From assembly GCF_049075655.1 (NCBI RefSeq), contig NZ_CP157522.1, positions 1,024,001 to 1,088,000 of the forward strand: 64,000 nt of DNA, given 5' to 3'. Position 1 is the first letter of the stretch. Each line of letters begins with the position of its first letter. The notes under the pieces were generated by a model. That model worked only from the letters and a program-made list of their open reading frames with translations. It had not been told where the DNA came from and did not search any database. Positions 43,167 to 53,367 of the stretch are shown one piece after another. The translations under genes were made by a program, and so were the position numbers. Origin of the DNA: Methanothermococcus sp. Ax23. Lineage in GTDB: Archaea; AGJL01; Methanococci; Methanococcales; Methanococcaceae.

Positions 43167-44687
43167 ATGTTTATGCTATTTTTAAAAGTCAAATTTTTAG
43201 ATTTAGACCTGGAAACAAATGCAGTTATTGTAAATGAAGAGGATTTAAAGGGGACTGCATATTATCCTCATGATAGGGTTTTAATAGAAAGTTCGGGAGG
43301 TTCTTTCGTGGGAACTCTATATTCAACAAAAACAATGGTAAATCCAGGGGAAGTTGGTGTTAGTAAGGCAGTTATACCAATACCTTTAAACGAAGGCGAG
43401 GAGGTTAGGATAAGGCATGCTCAAAAACCAGCTTCTTTAAACTATATTAAGAAAAAGATGGACGGCCAGATATTAAAACCTCATGAAATACATACCATTG
43501 TAGATGAGATAGTATCAAGAAAACTATCAAACATAGAATTATCTGCATTTGTGGTTTCAACCTATGTAAATGGGATGGAAACCAATGAAATTGTTGAAAT
43601 GACAAAGAGAATGGCAGAAACCGGAGAAACGCTCGAATGGGATAAAAGTCCAGTTGTAGATGTCCATAGTATAGGAGGAGTTCCAGGAAATAAATACGCA
43701 CTTTTAACAATTCCAATAGTGGCATCAGCTGGAATTACCATTCCAAAAACTTCATCAAGAGCTATTACCTCAGCAGCTGGGACAGCAGACGTTGTTGAAG
43801 TGCTTGCAAATGTAAATTTAGATGCAGAAGAGATAAAAAGAGTAGTTAAGACCACAAATGGATGTCTGGTTTGGGGTGGTGCGGTAAATCTGGCACCTGC
43901 GGATGATATTATAATAAATGTGGAAAGACCACTAGCAATAGACCCTAAACCTCAGTTATTAGCAAGTGTTATGGCTAAAAAGATTGCAACAGGTATTAAC
44001 TATACTGTAATTGATATCCCCATAGGATATGGTGTAAAGATAAAGAATGAAAAAGAAGGAAACCAGCTTGCAAGAAAATTTATAGAGCTCGGCGACTTAC
44101 TGGGCATTCGTGTTGAGTGTGTTCTGACATATGGGGGACAGCCAATAGGTAGGGCGATTGGTCCAGCACTTGAAGCAAGAGAGGCGTTGATGGCGTTAAA
44201 TGACCCAAAATCTGCACCAAAAAGTTTGATTGAGAAATCCCTTTCCCTTGCAGGAGTTTTGTTAGAACTTGGAGGAGCCGCGCAACCTGGAAAAGGTAAT
44301 GAAGTGGCATGGGAAATACTCACATCTGGAAAAGCACTTGAAAAATTTAATGAAATAATAACTGAACAGGGAGGGGAAGAGACAAAACCTGATGAGATTG
44401 AAATAGGAGAGTATAGTGCAGAAATAACTTCTTCAAAATATGGTTATGTAACAGGCGTATCAAATAAACTAATTACAAATATAGCAAAGGAGGCAGGAGC
44501 TCCGAAGGATAAAAAGGCGGGAGTTCTCCTACATGCAAAAACAGGAAATAAGGTAGAAAAAGGAGATGCATTATATACAATTTATTCGAGCTCAGAGGAG
44601 AGATTGAATGCCGCAGTTAATCTTGCAAGAAGAACATACCCTGTGAGAGTTGAAGGTATGCTTCTTAAAAGAATTAGCAGATTCTAA
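43167..44687 (+). CDS. AMP phosphorylase (thymidine phosphorylase family)
   Basis: DVHSIGGVPGNK, PKTSSRAITSAAGTAD, QPIGRAIGPALEA, GAPKDK.AG. Confidence 0.95.
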   Translation: MFMLFLKVKFLDLDLETNAVIVNEEDLKGTAYYPHDRVLIESSGGSFVGTLYSTKTMVNPGEVGVSKAVIPIPLNEGEEVRIRHAQKPASLNYIKKKMDGQILKPHEIHTIVDEIVSRKLSNIELSAFVVSTYVNGMETNEIVEMTKRMAETGETLEWDKSPVVDVHSIGGVPGNKYALLTIPIVASAGITIPKTSSRAITSAAGTADVVEVLANVNLDAEEIKRVVKTTNGCLVWGGAVNLAPADDIIINVERPLAIDPKPQLLASVMAKKIATGINYTVIDIPIGYGVKIKNEKEGNQLARKFIELGDLLGIRVECVLTYGGQPIGRAIGPALEAREALMALNDPKSAPKSLIEKSLSLAGVLLELGGAAQPGKGNEVAWEILTSGKALEKFNEIITEQGGEETKPDEIEIGEYSAEITSSKYGYVTGVSNKLITNIAKEAGAPKDKKAGVLLHAKTGNKVEKGDALYTIYSSSEERLNAAVNLARRTYPVRVEGMLLKRISRF

Positions 44688-45085
44688 ATCAATTCGAATT
44701 TTATCTGCTTTCCTTCCCCTATTAGTTCTTTAAAATCCGTAGCAATGGGGCATATTTTATAATAATCCAACGAATAGTTTTTTCCAGAAGTTGTTAAAAG
44801 ATGTGGATTTATAAACAAAATTTTTCCATTCATCTTCAATGCAATATATGGATGAGCTCCGAAGGTTTCTGAAAAACCTATCAGCTTATCCACATCCTCC
44901 TTTGAGATGTAAAATTTCTCTTTTGATGTAGTTTTGCACTCAAATGCGTAAATTTTTCCTTTTTTTCCTACAATCAAATCAATACCATGACTTCCAGCAC
45001 TTCTAACCACTGCAAACCCTTTATTTTCAAACATTTTTTTGAGCTCTCTTTCAAAGTTGGAACCTTTTTTATATTTATATCCCAT
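44684..45085 (-). CDS. hjc: Holliday junction resolvase Hjc
   Basis: KGSNFEREL, GFAVVRSAGS, DLIV, FECK. Confidence 0.95.
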   Translation of the reverse strand: MGYKYKKGSNFERELKKMFENKGFAVVRSAGSHGIDLIVGKKGKIYAFECKTTSKEKFYISKEDVDKLIGFSETFGAHPYIALKMNGKILFINPHLLTTSGKNYSLDYYKICPIATDFKELIGEGKQIKFELI

Positions 45086-45215
45086 CAAAACAGACACCAT
45101 TTAAATAGATACCATTTAAATAAAGTTGAAATAAAATAAAAAAGGAAAATTATCGTCAATCCACATAAGATGTCATGGATAAATCATGAGTGTTCGTAGA
45201 TTGACTATACTTAAA

Positions 45216-45662
45216 TTACTCAATACTTTCAACAATCTCTTTGAATTTATTAATGTCAAGTCTTTTATATTTTTCCAATATGGAATTATATTTGCTGTCA
45301 ATTTCTTCAATATTTAATCCATCTTCTTTTTCAACTTCTTCTAAACCCTTTGAAATTAACTCCAAAGCCTTCTGCTCTGCTTCAAGCTGGTGAAATCCTT
45401 CCCTTGGACCTCCTTTTCTAAATGCCCTACATCTTCTCTTATCCCATATTGGAAATCCCCTATCTTTACAGAATATTTTATTTTTTTCAAGGTTTCTAAC
45501 AATATTCGCTATTTCATCAACAACTTCATCTTCCCCTTCGATATATGCCCCAAAACATGTTTCTTTAACTTTTATATTGTAATCCAATGAATTTAGAAAC
45601 CTAAACAATTTTGAAGGAGATGTTTTTGCATCCTCTGATAAAACTATCACTTTTGTTTTCAT
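45216..45662 (-). CDS. Methanogenesis marker protein 6
   Basis: VKETCFG, IFCKDRGFP.WD.RRCRA..GGPREGFHQLEAE. Confidence 0.88.
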   Translation of the reverse strand: MKTKVIVLSEDAKTSPSKLFRFLNSLDYNIKVKETCFGAYIEGEDEVVDEIANIVRNLEKNKIFCKDRGFPIWDKRRCRAFRKGGPREGFHQLEAEQKALELISKGLEEVEKEDGLNIEEIDSKYNSILEKYKRLDINKFKEIVESIE

Positions 45663-45809
45663 GCTACCACCTATTATTTTTATATATTATATTTTTCATT
45701 TATTTTATACCTTTTCGAAGTTCCTATGTCCTCTTTTATTCTCAAGTTCTTTAGATGTTATTTTTTCAATATCATTATAAAGCATTTGGTGAGCTCATAC
45801 TCCTAAATC

Positions 45810-46880
45810 CTATTTATTCACATTAAACCATCTATAATAATTTCTCTCAACGTATTCTCTTACTTCATCAGGGTTTAATCCGTTTGCATAGGAGTATATC
45901 GAAATTCCCCCAGCTCCTACGCCCTCTTTTACAGAACCTTTGCAGTATGATTTTAAACCATCGAGCTCCGATTTATCGTAGTTAAATTTTGATGCAAATA
46001 TTGGGACATTCTCATTTATTTGTTCAACAATCCCCTTCAAATCTGCATTTTTATCATTTAAGACAAATTCAGTTGTTCCTATTGATATTAATCCTGACTT
46101 TAATATATTTTCTTTTTTATAGTTTTTATCTATTTCGCCTATCACGGAAAGCACAGAAGCCATCTGAGTTCCTCCCGCCAATATGACAGGTCTCCCCCGT
46201 TTAGCTGATGAGAACGCCATTCCTGCAACAACAGGCATCATCTTGTCCCCAACTGCATTTAAAACATCAAATACATCCTTTGATTTTGCATATTTTAAAC
46301 CATTTTCAACAACATTCAACTTTAATTCCTTTGGATTTTCAACAGAGCCGGAGCTTATTTTATCCTTTGCATCGTATCCCAATCCCAACAATACTCCCAA
46401 AGCCGTGGTAGTTCCACCAGGGACACTTTCACCGATTATAAGGGTATCACATGTTAAATTTTTTCCGATAATCTCCCCCATTTTAAATAACTCTTTTGAG
46501 TTGTCCATCGCCTTACCTTTATAAATATCCCCCGTCGATTTGTCATCAACGGAGATATATGGTATTTTTGGTTTTACAGCACTTCCAGCATCTATTGTTA
46601 AAACAGGAATGTCCTTTAAATCAACATTTGCTCTTGTTATGGTGGCTGGGCTTGGGCATCCTGTGGCATCTATCGGCGGTGTTGAAATGGATAGACTTTT
46701 GCCCAATACCACGAGCTCCATATCTGCGGCTGGCGTGTATTCAATCACTTTTTTATTAACTCCTGATATTGGGATGTATTTTGTAGTTTCTATTGACGAA
46801 ATTACACAGGAAAATTGGACGTTTTTATTTTTTATCTTATCTAAAAATCCATCGTTATCATTTACAGAGATTATTGACAT
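45810..46880 (-). CDS. Archaeal CobT-type nicotinate-nucleotide phosphoribosyltransferase (TIGR00303/UPF0284)
   Basis: TPAADME, GCPSPATIT, GESVPGGTTTA, LAGGTQM, VKEGVGAGG. Confidence 0.9.
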   Translation of the reverse strand: MSIISVNDNDGFLDKIKNKNVQFSCVISSIETTKYIPISGVNKKVIEYTPAADMELVVLGKSLSISTPPIDATGCPSPATITRANVDLKDIPVLTIDAGSAVKPKIPYISVDDKSTGDIYKGKAMDNSKELFKMGEIIGKNLTCDTLIIGESVPGGTTTALGVLLGLGYDAKDKISSGSVENPKELKLNVVENGLKYAKSKDVFDVLNAVGDKMMPVVAGMAFSSAKRGRPVILAGGTQMASVLSVIGEIDKNYKKENILKSGLISIGTTEFVLNDKNADLKGIVEQINENVPIFASKFNYDKSELDGLKSYCKGSVKEGVGAGGISIYSYANGLNPDEVREYVERNYYRWFNVNK

Positions 46881-46910
46881 GACATACACCTTTTTATGGG
46901 CAATAAATAT

Positions 46911-47262
46911 TTAGCAAGCGATTTCCATTTCACCTTCATTTAATCCATTGTAATTTAAACCTTTTATGGTAGATTCTCTAACTATCTCTTTATTTCTTTT
47001 TAATACTTCCAATTTCATATTTAATTTAATTACATCCTTTGTTATTTTAATTACAAGCTTCAAATTTAATTAAATTTTTTAATAAATCGTATTTATCAAC
47101 TTTGAATATCTTTGAAGCGTCCAATATCTCTATCCCTACAATATCTTTGCTGTCAAAATCCAATAAAACATTATCTAAATCAATAGTTATTTTTGATTTT
47201 GCACCTTTTTTATATATAAATAAGTCATCATTTTCAAAATCATAATCAACACTAACAGTCAT
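46911..47262 (-). pseudogene. DUF2283-family putative antitoxin, frameshifted
   Basis: YDFENDDLFI..LLDFD..IVGIEILDAS; removing 1 nt near 47056 extends the frame (VIKITKDVIKL...MEIAC) to a stop at 46911. Confidence 0.7.
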
Positions 47263-47873
47263 TATTTTTCCCTCCGTTTCCTATTTTGTGGATATATTGT
47301 GATTAAATTAATAGACAATGGTTCTACTGATTTTATCTAATGTCGGCGGGAAGACCCTTCCGTAAGGGATTGAATAAAAATCCTGAAGGGATTTTTATAG
47401 CCCTCCACTTCGCTACGGGGGATGAGAGCCGACAAAAAATATAAATATTATGACGTAATAAAATAAACATATAAATGGGCGAAAACCAAGCTCATTCTAC
47501 ACTATTTTCATGCACCTGCGGAAGGCGGGGGTGAGCCTGTGGAGAAGTGAGCCCCTACCTAGGTAGTTAATAACTACTGGTGATGGCAAGCTCGTTCAGT
47601 GAAGCAGGAAGCCCCTTCCGTAAGGAAGGGGCACTTCACACTAATAACTACTACAATATCATGCTCCTCGCTGTTCTCATAATATACTTTAAATTTTCCA
47701 TCCTTTTGTTTTAGTATTCCCACGGGTTTATTTTCAGTTATGATTTTAAGTATTTCTTCTTCATCAGGTAAATCCTCTTCCCTAAGTTCCAATCTTGTTT
47801 CATAGTGTTTAGTTTTATTAAAATTCTTCTTTTTAGAAGTAAATAGATAAGATAATACCTCATCAATATCCAT
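47262..47873 (-). pseudogene. DUF4258-like putative toxin interrupted by the family A element
   Basis: TKHYETR motif; excising 47337-47639 gives ...VVVIS-IKSVEPLSINLITIYPQNRKRREK*, with its TAA overlapping the next ATG. Confidence 0.75.
47337..47639 (+). mobile_element. Non-autonomous IS200/IS605 derivative (family A, copy 3)
   Basis: TTTAT|CTAATGTCGGCGGGAAG ... GCACTTCAC; near-identical to 12330-12633; no target duplication. Confidence 0.9.
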
Positions 47874-47931
47874 CCTTTCACCATAAACCGGAGCTCCTAT
47901 ACCAACCTAAAAATAAAATATTAAATTATAT

Positions 47932-49098
47932 TTATAAATCAATATCCTCATCCTCATCTAAATACAATCTATACTGCTCTATATCGTCGCCTAATTTATT
48001 TACAATTGCCCTTGCAACTCTTCCAGGGTCTCTTGATTTTGTAATTCCCCTTCCAACAACTAAAATATCGTATTTGGTTTTTAATTCATCAATGTTATCT
48101 ATTGAAACTCCGCCGGCAACTCCCAATATTAATTTTTTGTCATCGTCCGCATTCGTGTTTGTATTGACTATATTTAACCTATTCCTATTAAATGTTTCTT
48201 CATCAATTCCCCTATGCACCATTAAAACATCCGGTTTTAGTTCCAAGGAGTTGTATAATTTTAAAGGGTCGTCAATGTTTATGGTATCCAAATAACTCAT
48301 TATTCCGCATTTTTCACATTCATGAATACCTTTTAAAATTGTGGCTTTTGGGGCAATACCACTTAAAACCACAGCATTTGCCGTGCATTCAAAAGCCATT
48401 CTAACTTCTATTCTACCTGTATCAAGTGTTTTTAAATCTGCAACTATGTATCCATCGTAGAGCTCCCTTATATGTTCTATAACTTCGATGCCGTATTTTT
48501 TAATAAGTGGTGTTCCTGCTTCAATTATTATCCTATCGCTTTTTGGAAGGGAATCAATTATAAATTCCATATTTTCAATTGTTGGAACATCAAGGGCAAC
48601 CTGTAAATATGGTGGTCTTTCCAATCTTATGTCTCTGAATCCCACCAATGGATGTAGAGCTCTGTATTTTTCCTTTTTTATTTTTTCTTTTGATGGGTAT
48701 TCATTCAGAGCTCTGGTGATGGCAAGTTTTGTTGCACCATAGTAGTAATGAAACAGCTTTCTTTTATTTAGTGTGGTATATGGAATATCTGGGACAGAAA
48801 CAGTAATTACTGCCTTTAAGTCTTCGTCAAGGTCTAAATCTGCAATTGCCTTTGCTACGCCGTATTGAATTACTCCATGTAGGAGCTCATCCTGAATTTC
48901 ATTGTTTAGGTTATGTCTTGGAACAACAATTGATAATGGTTTTACGATTAAATTATCCCTTAGATTTGCAAATATTGGAGATGGAGTTCTCGTAAGTGCG
49001 TTTGTAAATGCAATATCTATTTCATTCCCTTTTCCAATAATTACATTAACAATGGCATTTATATCCTTCCCAAGGACTGCTTCACCAAATTTTATCAT
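47932..49098 (-). CDS. Bifunctional Fae/Hps-family protein (formaldehyde-activating enzyme domain fused to hexulose-6-phosphate synthase domain)
   Basis: FGEAVLG, VKPLSI.VP, QYGVAKA, LQVALD, EAGTPLIK, ADLKTLDTG, VVGRGIT. Confidence 0.9.
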   Translation of the reverse strand: MIKFGEAVLGKDINAIVNVIIGKGNEIDIAFTNALTRTPSPIFANLRDNLIVKPLSIVVPRHNLNNEIQDELLHGVIQYGVAKAIADLDLDEDLKAVITVSVPDIPYTTLNKRKLFHYYYGATKLAITRALNEYPSKEKIKKEKYRALHPLVGFRDIRLERPPYLQVALDVPTIENMEFIIDSLPKSDRIIIEAGTPLIKKYGIEVIEHIRELYDGYIVADLKTLDTGRIEVRMAFECTANAVVLSGIAPKATILKGIHECEKCGIMSYLDTINIDDPLKLYNSLELKPDVLMVHRGIDEETFNRNRLNIVNTNTNADDDKKLILGVAGGVSIDNIDELKTKYDILVVGRGITKSRDPGRVARAIVNKLGDDIEQYRLYLDEDEDIDL

Positions 49099-49145
49099 AA
49101 TATCCTCAAATTAATCTTTTATTTTTTATTTTTTATCTTTTATTT

Positions 49146-50074
49146 TAGTGTGGGTCATATTACACTCTAACCTCTAATACCTTCATATAAGGATAACCTC
49201 TGGTAATGAGATTATATAGTGCTAAAACCTGTGCAGAAACTACTGCACAGAGACAGAATACTTTTTTACGAATATAACCTTTGATATTAATCCAAAACTT
49301 ATTCATAAATCGGTTCTTTAATATTGAATTGGTGTGCTCTATTTTAACTCTTATCTTAGAAACTTCCGAAGGAAGTTTCTTTTTATTTTTCCTACCCAAT
49401 CTCCGTGGATTATGTGCTGTTATTAGTTCATTTTTGTATAATTCTATCGCTTTTTTTTAAATCTTTTGAATCATAGCCTGCATCTGCACAGGACTTTTTG
49501 GTAGGTACTAATAATTTATCAGCTACTTTACAATCGTGAGTATTTGCTGTGGTAAATTCTGCTCTTAATGGTATTCCTAACTTATCTACTGCTAAATGTA
49601 ATTTAAAGCCTTTAAACATTCCTACACTGTTATATCCTATCTTTCCCTCAATATCTGTTTCGTCTTTTATTGGAGTGCTATCGTATATTGACCATTCAGG
49701 ATTATTTAGTTCAATATATTTATCACCTAATAAAGTAATTATTGCATGCAATTCTTCATCTAGGGATTTTTTCCATCTATCGATGGTTCTTCTACCAGGG
49801 CAGGATTTAAATCCTAATGCAGTTAAAATCTGTGGATTATTTTGTAAGTGTAATACTAACGCTCTATTTGAATGTATGCCTTTTAAAAAGGCATACACTA
49901 ATAGTTTAAGCCTCAACTCTAAATTATATCCTTTTCTCCCTACCTTTCTTCGTTTAGGGATTCGGTCAATTAAATCTGATGTAATTATCTCATTTACCAC
50001 TTCCTCAGCCTTCATATTATCGTCTTTTTTATAATATTATATTTAGTATAGGTTATATATTTTGACCCATACTA
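49146..50074 (-). mobile_element. DDE insertion sequence (IS5/IS4-like superfamily), 929 bp
   Basis: TIRs TAGTGTGGGTCA / TAGTATGGGTCA; 14-bp direct repeat TTTATCTTTTATTT at 49132-49145 and 50075-50088. Confidence 0.88.
49160..50015 (-). pseudogene. DDE transposase split at an A8 run
   Basis: YDSTP, GFKLH, ADAGYD, R.KIEH motifs; dropping one A at 49451-49458 joins the two ORFs. Confidence 0.85.
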
Positions 50075-50168
50075 TTTATCTTTTATTTTATTTTTTATAA
50101 TTTTTTTATAAATCATGTCTCTTTATTGGTTTTACCTTTTTCTATTTTTATTTTTTATTATTTTATCG

Positions 50169-50444
50169 TTATTCAAAAGTCTTTTTTAATGGCTCTAAAT
50201 GTGTAGATAGTGTGTTAATTACATCATTTAGCTTTTCAAAGATTGACTCTTTATCTACCTTATTTGAACTAATGAATTTGTTTAAATCAACAATATAGGA
50301 AGTTTCTGCAATTATATAATTTAAATCATGATTAACCTTTACACTTCCAAACATGGGCACTTTAAACATGTTTTTAAAATCCGTATGATACATTTTTATA
50401 ATATCCTCAGGCTCTACAACTTCATTTTTAATTATTGCCTGCAT
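50169..50444 (-). pseudogene. Probable 3' remnant of a gene disrupted by the tnpB element
   Basis: ORF starts 2 nt after the right end, with no RBS; degenerate coding-like sequence lies beyond the left end (51906-52015). Confidence 0.45.
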
Positions 50445-50480
50445 TCTGACCTACTCCCACGACTAAAGTCGTGGGGTTCT

Positions 50481-51742
50481 TTAGCAGGGTCTAACCCTAC
50501 ATGGGTTGCCAAGCCCACTACCCCTATCTCCGTTTAGGAGATTCAGGGCTACCTTATGCGATACTTTTTTTAAAATATTCAAAGCCCCGTTAATGTCTGC
50601 ATTCAAAACCATGCCACACTCACTACACACATACAAACCCCTATACTTCCTATTACTCTTTTTAACTACACCACAATTACTGCAAGTTTGAGAAGTATAA
50701 GCTTCATTAACCTGTTCTACTGTTAATCCCTTTTCCTCTGCCTTATATGTTATCATACTTACTAACCTACCAAAAGGTATTCTATGCAATTGCTGATTAA
50801 CCCTATCTCCAATGTCAATACTTGAAATGCCTTTGTTTAACTCGCCGATTACAATCCTTGAAACTTTGTTATCCACTGCAAAATCGATAATCATTTTACT
50901 TATTTTATGTAGATAATCCTTAGTATAATTCTTTTCCCTTACTGTTAAGCGGGATAATCGTTTATTATATTTTAACTCTTGCTTTGTTAGGGTAGATTGG
51001 ATTTTTCCTTTACTTTTAGCAAACCATCGGAATTTAGAAATTAACCTTCTTCCATCGTAGATTACTGCACTGCCCGTATTGGTTACTACTGTTGCTAAAT
51101 TCTTAATTCCTAAATCAATACTTAGTATATTACCTTCTTTGATAGGTTCTTGAATTACTGGTTTCTTATGGATTAAGTGAAGTATGTAGTAGGTTATCCC
51201 ATAGATGGTCTGCGGAACTATCTCAACTTCTTTAACCTGCATGGTATCAAGCGGTAGAGTTTTCGATAAATCTACCCATAAGTACTTGGACTTGATACCA
51301 TGCTTCTCTTTGAGATAGTTTTTAGTTTGTTTAGATAATGATAACCTTAACTTATTGCCTATGATTTTGAAACCTTGCTTCTTCCATTTTACGGGAAAGT
51401 GTCCATCTTTTGGTTGGTATCGTGGTCTTTTAGTGTGCTGTTTGAAGTAGTTTTGCCATGCAATCGCTTGCGTAGCAAGCGAGCAACGAAAACCGAAGGT
51501 TTTCGTCTAATTTGAAGTTTTTGACATACTGCCTGTGCTGACTGTGAGTGCAGGTTTTTAAACCAGAAGTTGTTCTTCATTTGAACATCTATTTTATTTG
51601 GTTTAATATTTCGCTGTATTACTTCGTAGTTGGATGTATTCCAGAGTTTTGATGCTGAATAGGTTAAATGGTTTATGATTGTTAATTGTTCATTATTTAA
51701 ACTTCTGGTTAGGTTTATTGTCAGCACTCTGGTTACTTGCAT
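50481..51742 (-). pseudogene. tnpB: RNA-guided endonuclease TnpB (~404 aa) frameshifted by a 47-bp insertion
   Basis: RuvC motifs IDLG, IGEL and NADING; Zn finger CSNC..CSEC; removing 51465-51511 restores ...KLQIAWQNYFK... Confidence 0.93.
51465..51511 (+). repeat. Double-hairpin micro-element inserted in tnpB
   Basis: CGCTTGCGTAGCAAGCGAGCAACGAAAACCGAAGGTTTTCGTCTAAT. Confidence 0.9.
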
Positions 51743-52192
51743 GGAATTCACCAAATTTATATATGCCATTATTCTAATTACACTCATATTATGTAGTGAA
51801 GTATATAAAAAAATGATGTCCGCCTATCATCCAATCTCATAAGAGATTTTACAAAACCTTGTTTTGTATAACGATTAAAATCGTTGGCTTTCTCGGCGGT
51901 TTATCGTAAAAAATTAATTTCTTTGAAATTTTATGTCACCATACGCTTCGCACACTATAATTTAGAATATCTCTAATATTCATTTTTCCGAATAAGACTC
52001 AGCTTATATATTCCATCCTATGAATTGAGAATATTTTTTTATTAATGTTAATAAATTTGACGAAAATAATAACGTATATATAATACTATTTATTTATTCC
52101 GTAATATATGATATTATTTAATATTACACTGTTGCAACATGTGCATGTCTTTTCATTATATACTTGATGTTATTTATAAAACTGGTGGTTGT

Positions 52193-52603
52193 ATGGCTGA
52201 AAGAATAACCATGACTATTCAAAAAAGTCTTTTGAAAGACTTAGAGGACGTCATTAAGGAATCAAATAAATCAAGGTCTGAGGTAATTAGAGATGCATTA
52301 ATTGAGTATATAAAAAAATATGAGTGGCTTCATCAAATAGGTTCAAGAGCTGGAGAAATCACCCTAATATATCCATTAAATGTCCATAAAAAAGTTTTGG
52401 ATGTTGAGCAGGGGTATAGGAATATTATAGTAACCTCAATTAATTACATTATAAATAACGAATTTTTAAGAGTAATGGTTTTAAAAGGTCCAAAGGAAGA
52501 AATTATTAAATTAACAGAGAATCTAAAAAGTATCAATGATATAAAATATGCGAAATTGGCAACAGTGGGTTTTGAAAATAAGAATAAAAATAAAAAATCA
52601 TAA
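52193..52603 (+). CDS. NikR-like ribbon-helix-helix (CopG) regulator
   Basis: RITMTI..LLKDL..SRSEVIRDAL plus ACT-like C-terminal domain (MVLKGPKEEI). Confidence 0.85.
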   Translation: MAERITMTIQKSLLKDLEDVIKESNKSRSEVIRDALIEYIKKYEWLHQIGSRAGEITLIYPLNVHKKVLDVEQGYRNIIVTSINYIINNEFLRVMVLKGPKEEIIKLTENLKSINDIKYAKLATVGFENKNKNKKS

Positions 52604-52788
52604 ATTAGGCGCAAACATTTATTTGTGGGCCAATACCATAACATACTCTAACTACCAATGATTAAAACTCTTTATTTTTATAAAAACATAATCTATATAT
52701 ACCAATAAACTTTTATAATTATATTCATTAAATATATAAAAATATAACTATGTAATGGTAATGCATAAAATTTTTCAAAGGTGAGGGA

Positions 52789-53205
52789 ATGCACATATCC
52801 GGCGCACAGGGGAAGACTTTGGTTCCTGAATATAAAGATGGTTTAGTTATATTAACACTAACAAATGAAGATAATGAAGAAATAGAATCTGTAAATATGG
52901 ATGAAGAAACCACATCATTATTAATAACTCTATTAAACAGTGGTGTAATAACCGCAGAAAATATAAACAAAAAATTCAAAAGAGAGGGCGTAAAATTACA
53001 GAAAATACAAGATGTTGGAACTTGTTTTGCAAATGAAAGCAGTAGAATTTCGATAGCAATACTTCCAGCAGATGAAAGAAGAACTGCATCTATATTGGTG
53101 GGATTCCACAAAGAAGATAGGCACTCCTCAATAATCGTAAAACCAAAGAGAGCTGCTTATTTGAGTATGATATTAACAAAAATTATTATTTCGAATATTG
53201 AATAA
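52789..53205 (+). CDS. Hypothetical protein
   Basis: 138-aa ORF with RBS AGGTGA. Confidence 0.75.
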   Translation: MHISGAQGKTLVPEYKDGLVILTLTNEDNEEIESVNMDEETTSLLITLLNSGVITAENINKKFKREGVKLQKIQDVGTCFANESSRISIAILPADERRTASILVGFHKEDRHSSIIVKPKRAAYLSMILTKIIISNIE

Positions 53206-53367
53206 GCAAATAATTTAACTATTTTTCTCTTTTTAATATTGACATATTTTTTATGTTTTTAATATTATAATCCAAAAATTTAAATACATAACATTAATTT
53301 TTTTAATGATAATGTTTATATAATCTAATACATAATATAAAGATTAATTATTTAGACGGTGATTTTT

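Larger units (their letters stand above)
50446..51905 (-). mobile_element. IS200/IS605-family tnpB-only (IS1341-type) element, family B
   Basis: TTAC|GATAAACCGCC left end with AAAG guide and hairpin; right hairpin CCCACGACTTTAGTCGTGGG with GAAC guide, ending TCAG. Confidence 0.92.

Noticed and set aside
47574-47873. 99-aa ORF as an intact gene
   Set aside because: Its C-terminus (VKCPFLTEG...) is read from the inserted element; the true C-terminus lies beyond 47336.
51462-51511. AAT as a 3-bp target-site duplication of the micro-element
   Set aside because: Other copies also end in CT(A/G)AT without a matching left flank, so AAT is more likely part of the element.
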